A stretch of DNA of 39,956 nt from a virus (lineage: Duplodnaviria; Caudoviricetes), in the IMG/VR virus record IMGVR_UViG_3300037851_000214, positions 1 to 39,956 of that record; one strand, given 5' to 3'. The notes beneath the pieces were generated by a model, which worked only from the letters and a program-made list of their open reading frames with translations, was not told the origin of the DNA and made no database searches. Below, in pieces: positions 35,187 through 39,956 of this stretch. Position 1 is the stretch's first letter; every line of letters begins with the position of its first letter. Position numbers and translations under genes: made by a program.

Positions 35187-36884
35187 GTGGCTGTTACTCA
35201 TTTCGGCAGTGTAGGCGTACCGGTGGACGGCGCGGCGGCAACCAATGCCACCACGCAGATCACTATTACGCCACCAGCATCCATGACTACCGGTGACCTG
35301 GTGGTGGTCTATCTTCATCAACGTGGCACCGCCACTTTTTCTGTTGGTGTAACCGGTGGCCAAACTTGGAACACACTCACGCGCAGAACAAACACCAACA
35401 TTGCAGTGCAGGGTTTTTGGTGCAGGTACAATGGAACATGGGGTGCAAACCCGCGCTTTGATTTCTCTGCCGGTACGTGTACGTCGGCCATCATGCACGT
35501 ATTCAGGCCCACCGGCACAACATACAGCTGGACGGTAGACCAGGCAGAAGCATCGGCAACTTTCACTGCACCCGCTACACCCTTCACGGTTTCAAGAACA
35601 GGCGTGACCAACGGGCAAAGCTCTGGTGTGGCACTGGCGGGATGGTTCACTGCCGATGATAATACATGGGCAAGTTTAAGCGGCACCGGCTGGTCTAAAA
35701 CAAACCTCTCTGCACAGTATCGAAATACAGCAGGTACTGACCAATCAGCCACGTTTGCATATTACCTCTATAGTGCCAGTGGTGCAACAGGCAACGTTTC
35801 TCAGAACCAGGCAACGCTTGGCGGTGACTTAGGCCTTACCACCATCATATCTTTTTATGAGTCGGCTCCAACAGAGTCAAACAGTGCAGGTACTTCTGAT
35901 GGTACATCCACAGCTGCCGCATTGATCATTGCCCTGGCATCTGCTGCCGGTTCTGCCGGTGGTACATCAACCGCTGATGCAGCGGCTACAGCTGATGCTA
36001 TTTTTTCAGGAACCGCTACCGCTACATCAACAGCTGCCGCCAATGTTACAGCATCGGCCAACATATCGGGCACAGCAGATGGTACATCTACCTCCATTGG
36101 ATTCTTTGAAGCACTCGCTGCCATGCAAGGATCTGCTGCCGGTACATCAACGGCAGATGGATTGGTTGTTGCATCCATCAACAGCGCTGGTACTGCAGAA
36201 GGAACATCAACGGCTGCAGCCAGTTCAACAGCATCGGCAAATTTATCAGGATCTGCTGCCGGTATATCTACAGCAGAAGCCCTGGCGAATGCCAAAGCCA
36301 ACACAGCAGCAACTGCAGATGGAACATCAACAGCTGCTGCCAATATTGGCGCTGTAGTCAATATATCAGGATTGGCAACGGGAGCCGCAACAGCTGCCGC
36401 CAATCTTACGGCACAGGCCAATGTTTCCGGTAACGCAGCGGGATCATCTACAGCAGATATCACCATCGGCACCAACACAACAGATGCATCAGGTAGTGCA
36501 GCAGGTTTATCTACAGCATCGGCCAATGTCCAGGTGTTTGCCAATACATCGGCAAGCATCACGGGAACAGCTGAAGCATCGGCACAGATCAATGCCACTG
36601 CAAATGTTGCAGGTGCATCTGCCGGTACATCAGAAGCCAATGCCTCTATAGTTGTATCTATCAACGCAGCGGGATCCGCTGCTGGCACATCTACTGCCGA
36701 GGCAGCTGCTAATACTCAAGAAATTTCCCTGGTCACCATCAGCCTGTCAAGCCCTATAGAAAGCAACCTTTCAGCAGGCTCACCCATAGCGCTGAACCTG
36801 ATGATCAGCGCACCCATCAACCTGAGTGCAGCGGAAGATTCTACCATCATCACAACGATCACCACATCATCCATTATACAATGA
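35187..36884 (+). CDS. Fibre-like virion protein with ~14 20-aa Ala/Ser/Thr repeats
   Basis: N-terminal beta domains (P....GDL.V), then repeats of type xAxANxSGxAxGxSTAxAxx. Confidence 0.8.
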   Translation: MAVTHFGSVGVPVDGAAATNATTQITITPPASMTTGDLVVVYLHQRGTATFSVGVTGGQTWNTLTRRTNTNIAVQGFWCRYNGTWGANPRFDFSAGTCTSAIMHVFRPTGTTYSWTVDQAEASATFTAPATPFTVSRTGVTNGQSSGVALAGWFTADDNTWASLSGTGWSKTNLSAQYRNTAGTDQSATFAYYLYSASGATGNVSQNQATLGGDLGLTTIISFYESAPTESNSAGTSDGTSTAAALIIALASAAGSAGGTSTADAAATADAIFSGTATATSTAAANVTASANISGTADGTSTSIGFFEALAAMQGSAAGTSTADGLVVASINSAGTAEGTSTAAASSTASANLSGSAAGISTAEALANAKANTAATADGTSTAAANIGAVVNISGLATGAATAAANLTAQANVSGNAAGSSTADITIGTNTTDASGSAAGLSTASANVQVFANTSASITGTAEASAQINATANVAGASAGTSEANASIVVSINAAGSAAGTSTAEAAANTQEISLVTISLSSPIESNLSAGSPIALNLMISAPINLSAAEDSTIITTITTSSIIQ

Positions 36885-37156
36885 GCTACTACGCTGGTCA
36901 ATCGAACATATTACTGACACTGGACACGGGAACATCCATGGCCAGTGCCACCAACACCAAGATCCTTTACACAAAGCCCAACGGATTGAAAGGATCCTGG
37001 ACAGCAACGGCATCAGGAAATACACTGCAATACCAGCTGGCCAACGGAGACATTGACCAGCACGGCACCTGGAAGTTCCAGGCTTATGCCGAGATCGCCA
37101 CTAAAAAAGCCTACGGGCAGGTCACAGAAATTCATTTTGACAAACCTTTAAACTGA
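36881..37156 (+). CDS. BppU N-terminal-like adaptor protein
   Basis: KPNG...W.A...L.Y....GDIDQ.G.W..Q motif. Confidence 0.7.
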   Translation: MSYYAGQSNILLTLDTGTSMASATNTKILYTKPNGLKGSWTATASGNTLQYQLANGDIDQHGTWKFQAYAEIATKKAYGQVTEIHFDKPLN

Positions 37157-37162
37157 TAAAAG

Positions 37163-37603
37163 ATGAGCAAATCGAACACCTGGGAGAATGATCTTCTTCT
37201 CCTTCTCTTCAACAACACCAATGCATCCCTGATTGGTGATGCCACAGGCCTGCGTGGAGCAAGCACTGCCGGCAACCTGTACATATCCCTGCACACTGCC
37301 AACCCGGATGAGACCGGCACGCAAACATCCTCAGAAGCTACCTATGGCGGATATGCCCGTAAAGCAGTGGCTCGTTCTGGTGCAGGTTGGACGGTTACAG
37401 GAAACGCGGTGACCAATGCAGCAGCCATCACTTTTGATCCTGCTTCATCAGGCACCAACACCATCACCCATTTTGGAGTAGGTACGGATGCATCTGGAAC
37501 CGGAAAACTGTTGTACAAGGGAGCGCTTACGCCGAGCATCTCAGTGAGTACCGGTATTGCACCAAATATTCCAGCTGGAGACCTGGACATCACAGAGGAT
37601 TAA
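37163..37603 (+). CDS. Small fibre/filament subunit
   Basis: LYISLHTANP...E..Y.GYAR...W...N...ITF...THFG motif of widespread phage fibre proteins. Confidence 0.75.
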   Translation: MSKSNTWENDLLLLLFNNTNASLIGDATGLRGASTAGNLYISLHTANPDETGTQTSSEATYGGYARKAVARSGAGWTVTGNAVTNAAAITFDPASSGTNTITHFGVGTDASGTGKLLYKGALTPSISVSTGIAPNIPAGDLDITED

Positions 37604-37608
37604 AATTC

Positions 37609-37645
37609 TGTCCTTTCAAGGTTTTTTTCATTTAAACAATTTTGG
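37609..37645 (+). promoter_or_regulatory. Late-promoter-like motif, copy 7
   Basis: TGTCCTTTCA (37609) ... AATTTTGG, ATG at 37650. Confidence 0.75.
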
Positions 37646-37649
37646 TACA

Positions 37650-38969
37650 ATGAATTATTCCACGATATCCGCAATTCTCAGAGGGCGCTGGCTAATTGAC
37701 AGGGCTTACGCTGAATCACAGTTGCCATTGGTGGTTGGAATGTTAAAGGATAAAACCTTTTCATTCAGCTATAAAGCGGGAATGAGTGAGCGGGACGATG
37801 AGAGTTCGGAGAGTGGCAAAAAGCCACAACTGATTGCCACAGTTAAGGGCACAAACGTTTACAGGGTTGGTTATTACACAAGGCTCGACAGCTTGCCTAC
37901 CGGGTCTGTTGCCGTGGTAGATGTTGTTGGCCCAATAATGAAGTACGGCGGAATGTGCAGCTATGGATCTGTTGATAAGGTAAATATGCTGAGGAAGATA
38001 GACCAGGCTTCAAACATCAGCGGTGTAATTCTCAACGTAGACTCTCCCGGCGGTCAGGTAGATGGAACATCCATGCTGGCCGACCAGGTAAAGAATATGT
38101 CAAAACCTGTGGTTGCCATGGTAGATGATGGCCTGATGGCCAGTGCTGCCATGTGGATCGGTTCAGCAGCCAATGAGATCTACGCCACAAAGAAATCAGA
38201 CTCTTTCGGATCAATTGGCGTGTATGCTACCCTGTACGATTGGAATGCTTATCTGAAATCAGAAGGGCTTCCTGTACATGAGATCTATGCACCGCAATCC
38301 GAGGAAAAGAATAAAGACTACCGCGATGCGCTCAACGGCGATTATTCCGGTATGAAAGCTGATCTCAGTGAGATCGCTGAAACGTTCATTGAAACAGTCC
38401 AAACCAACAGACCTGCCGCTGCTGCTTCAAAAGATAAATGGAGCAAAGGCGGAATGTTCAACGCTACTCAAGCAAAGAAACTGGGTCTCATAGATGGCAT
38501 CAAGTCATTTGATGAAATCATACAGAGGGTTTCTGTTCTTAATAATCAAAAATCAAAAAACAAAAAAATGAGCGCAGGCGCTTTCCAAAACACATTGGCT
38601 TCAGCACAAGCTGAATCCTTTGAAGTAGTTGAGAATGGATTCCTCTTATCAGAGGATCAACTCAATGCTATCGAAACAACGGTCACCAATTTACAGCATA
38701 CAGCTACCACCAGCACAGAAGCCCAAGCACAAATGCAGGCCTCTCTGGATGCAGCCAATGCAAGCATTTCAGAATTGACTGCACACAGTGCTACTCAAGC
38801 TGATCGCATTGCTGAACTGGAAGCTGAAAATGCTGCTTTGAACGCAGCCACCGGTGCCCCTGCTGGAACGAAAAAAGAAGAGGATGAATTTGGAGCAGAC
38901 CCGAATGCAAAGTACCTGACCAGCGTAGATGCTGAAATGCAGAAAATCCGATCCCTGATAAACCAGTAA
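37650..38969 (+). CDS. S49 (SppA/ClpP-class) prohead protease with C-terminal scaffold (start reassigned to ATG 37650)
   Basis: DSPGG, ASAAMWI.S, GSIGV, A.K.GLIDGI; C-terminal coiled coil. Confidence 0.92.
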   Translation: MNYSTISAILRGRWLIDRAYAESQLPLVVGMLKDKTFSFSYKAGMSERDDESSESGKKPQLIATVKGTNVYRVGYYTRLDSLPTGSVAVVDVVGPIMKYGGMCSYGSVDKVNMLRKIDQASNISGVILNVDSPGGQVDGTSMLADQVKNMSKPVVAMVDDGLMASAAMWIGSAANEIYATKKSDSFGSIGVYATLYDWNAYLKSEGLPVHEIYAPQSEEKNKDYRDALNGDYSGMKADLSEIAETFIETVQTNRPAAAASKDKWSKGGMFNATQAKKLGLIDGIKSFDEIIQRVSVLNNQKSKNKKMSAGAFQNTLASAQAESFEVVENGFLLSEDQLNAIETTVTNLQHTATTSTEAQAQMQASLDAANASISELTAHSATQADRIAELEAENAALNAATGAPAGTKKEEDEFGADPNAKYLTSVDAEMQKIRSLINQ

Positions 38970-39001
38970 TCCTTATTCATCAAAAACAAAACTGAATAAC
39001 A

Positions 39002-39892
39002 ATGGCAACTCCCGATTTAAGCACGCTGACCGCATCGTTTGTAGAGCGTGGCCCGTCCATCTTTACAAAACAGCTGTTGAGCTGGAACCTTCGCGGCCAA
39101 GGTGTACAGGTTCGCACCAATGTAAATGCTCCCCAGGCAATGACAAAGCTCTCTGCCGTGGGTAACCCTCGCCCGTATACAGCTGCCGACGCGCTGACTA
39201 CCGGCCCCAAATTCTCTGACCGTGTGTTGACTGCATACCAGGGTAAGTGGGATTTCGATTTCGATTCTGAAGAGTTCAGGAACACGTACCTGGCAAATGA
39301 TCCCGGTATGCCTTTCTATGAGGCAGCCATCACTCACGTAAGTGATGCATATCTTGATCAGATCCTTGCCAACACCCTGTACCTGGGTTCTCGCAGTGCC
39401 GCTGGTACTACCGCTGCAGCGATCGCTGACGGTTGGGGTAAGACCATCGCTGACCTGATCACAGCCACAACCATCACTCCGGTAGCAACTGGTGCGCTCT
39501 CTGACACTACAGCCGTAGCGAAGTTTGAGCAAATGGTTGACAACCTCCCCATTTGGATGAGGGAGAAAGGATTCATGTTCTATTGCTCTTATGCAACCTT
39601 CGATAAGTTCCGCAGGGACTACCGTACCCGTTACGGATTCACCTTTGACAAAAACAGCGAGGGAGTGTATAAGATGGATAACATGAACGCCATCATCAAA
39701 CCGGTTTCTTTCATGGGCACATCTGCAAGGGTGATCGCTACCGTTGAAAACAACCTGGTATTTGGTACTGATGTTGAGCGCGTACAGGTTGCCGCTTCTA
39801 TGAGGCGCAACATCATCGAGGTTCGCCTCATGATGCCTGTAGGTACTCAAATCCAGGATCTGGATGCCATCGTAGTAAACGATCAGGCGTAA
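39002..39892 (+). CDS. Major capsid protein
   Basis: 296 aa directly after protease/scaffold; DGW motif, NNL.FGTD, HK97-like layout; followed by a hairpin. Confidence 0.8.
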   Translation: MATPDLSTLTASFVERGPSIFTKQLLSWNLRGQGVQVRTNVNAPQAMTKLSAVGNPRPYTAADALTTGPKFSDRVLTAYQGKWDFDFDSEEFRNTYLANDPGMPFYEAAITHVSDAYLDQILANTLYLGSRSAAGTTAAAIADGWGKTIADLITATTITPVATGALSDTTAVAKFEQMVDNLPIWMREKGFMFYCSYATFDKFRRDYRTRYGFTFDKNSEGVYKMDNMNAIIKPVSFMGTSARVIATVENNLVFGTDVERVQVAASMRRNIIEVRLMMPVGTQIQDLDAIVVNDQA

Positions 39893-39956
39893 TCTTAACA
39901 TATAGGGGGGAGGGCAACCTCCCCTTTAATAAAAGATCATGGCGAAAGCAAAAACA
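39843..39956. repeat. Terminal overlap, copy 2 (matches 1-114)
   Basis: 113/114 identity. Confidence 0.97.

Larger units (their letters stand above)
1..39956. mobile_element. Complete temperate tailed phage genome (circular assembly, ~39.8 kb), probable Bacteroidota host
   Basis: Capsid, protease, portal, terminase, tape measure, lysis, repressor and serine recombinase genes all present; 114-bp terminal overlap; Bacteroidota-type promoters. Confidence 0.95.

Noticed and set aside
35855-36688. 277-aa antisense ORF in the Ala/Ser/Thr repeat
   Set aside because: Mirror of low-complexity codons
9108-37603. Diversity-generating retroelement or invertible tail-fibre cassette
   Set aside because: No reverse transcriptase or invertase; no adenine-variant TR/VR pair noticed; the FN3 duplication differs mainly at synonymous sites
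39017-39901. 294-aa antisense ORF over the capsid gene
   Set aside because: Shadow frame expected from codon bias; no promoter or protein-like features seen
1-39956. Alternative genetic code
   Set aside because: Genes tile densely under code 11 and TAA, TAG and TGA all act as stops

Overview
The window is an apparently complete, circularly assembled temperate tailed-phage genome of about 39,842 bp. Positions 1-114 recur at 39843-39956 with one synonymous mismatch. The host is probably a Bacteroidota, inferred from TAnnTTTG/TTTG promoters and A/C-rich initiation regions without Shine-Dalgarno sequences. Almost all genes are on the + strand. Modules: head (S49 protease/scaffold, major capsid), tail/portal/terminase (97-15503), a short minus-strand immunity island (15770-16790), an early/replication operon (Cro-like gene, PriCT-2/P-loop helicase, iteron origin, DnaA-C-like and ParB-like genes, large serine recombinase), and a late accessory block (fibre proteins, three exported carbohydrate-active enzymes, lysis cassette). 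Most notable observations: (1) an unannotated 47-aa Cys/basic ORF with an upstream ~85-nt sRNA/leader complementary to both its start and stop regions, opposed by a convergent late-type promoter; (2) an early lipoprotein that looks like a paralog of the C-terminal FN3-like domain of a tail protein; (3) a 7-copy TGTCCTTT(CA) promoter-like motif at fixed spacing from start codons, implying leaderless late mRNAs; (4) a tRNA-like RNA with a 78-nt insert in place of the anticodon arm; (5) a tmRNA/tRNA-like attP candidate inside the recombinase 3' end. Functional calls come from motif recognition by eye; no database searches were run.
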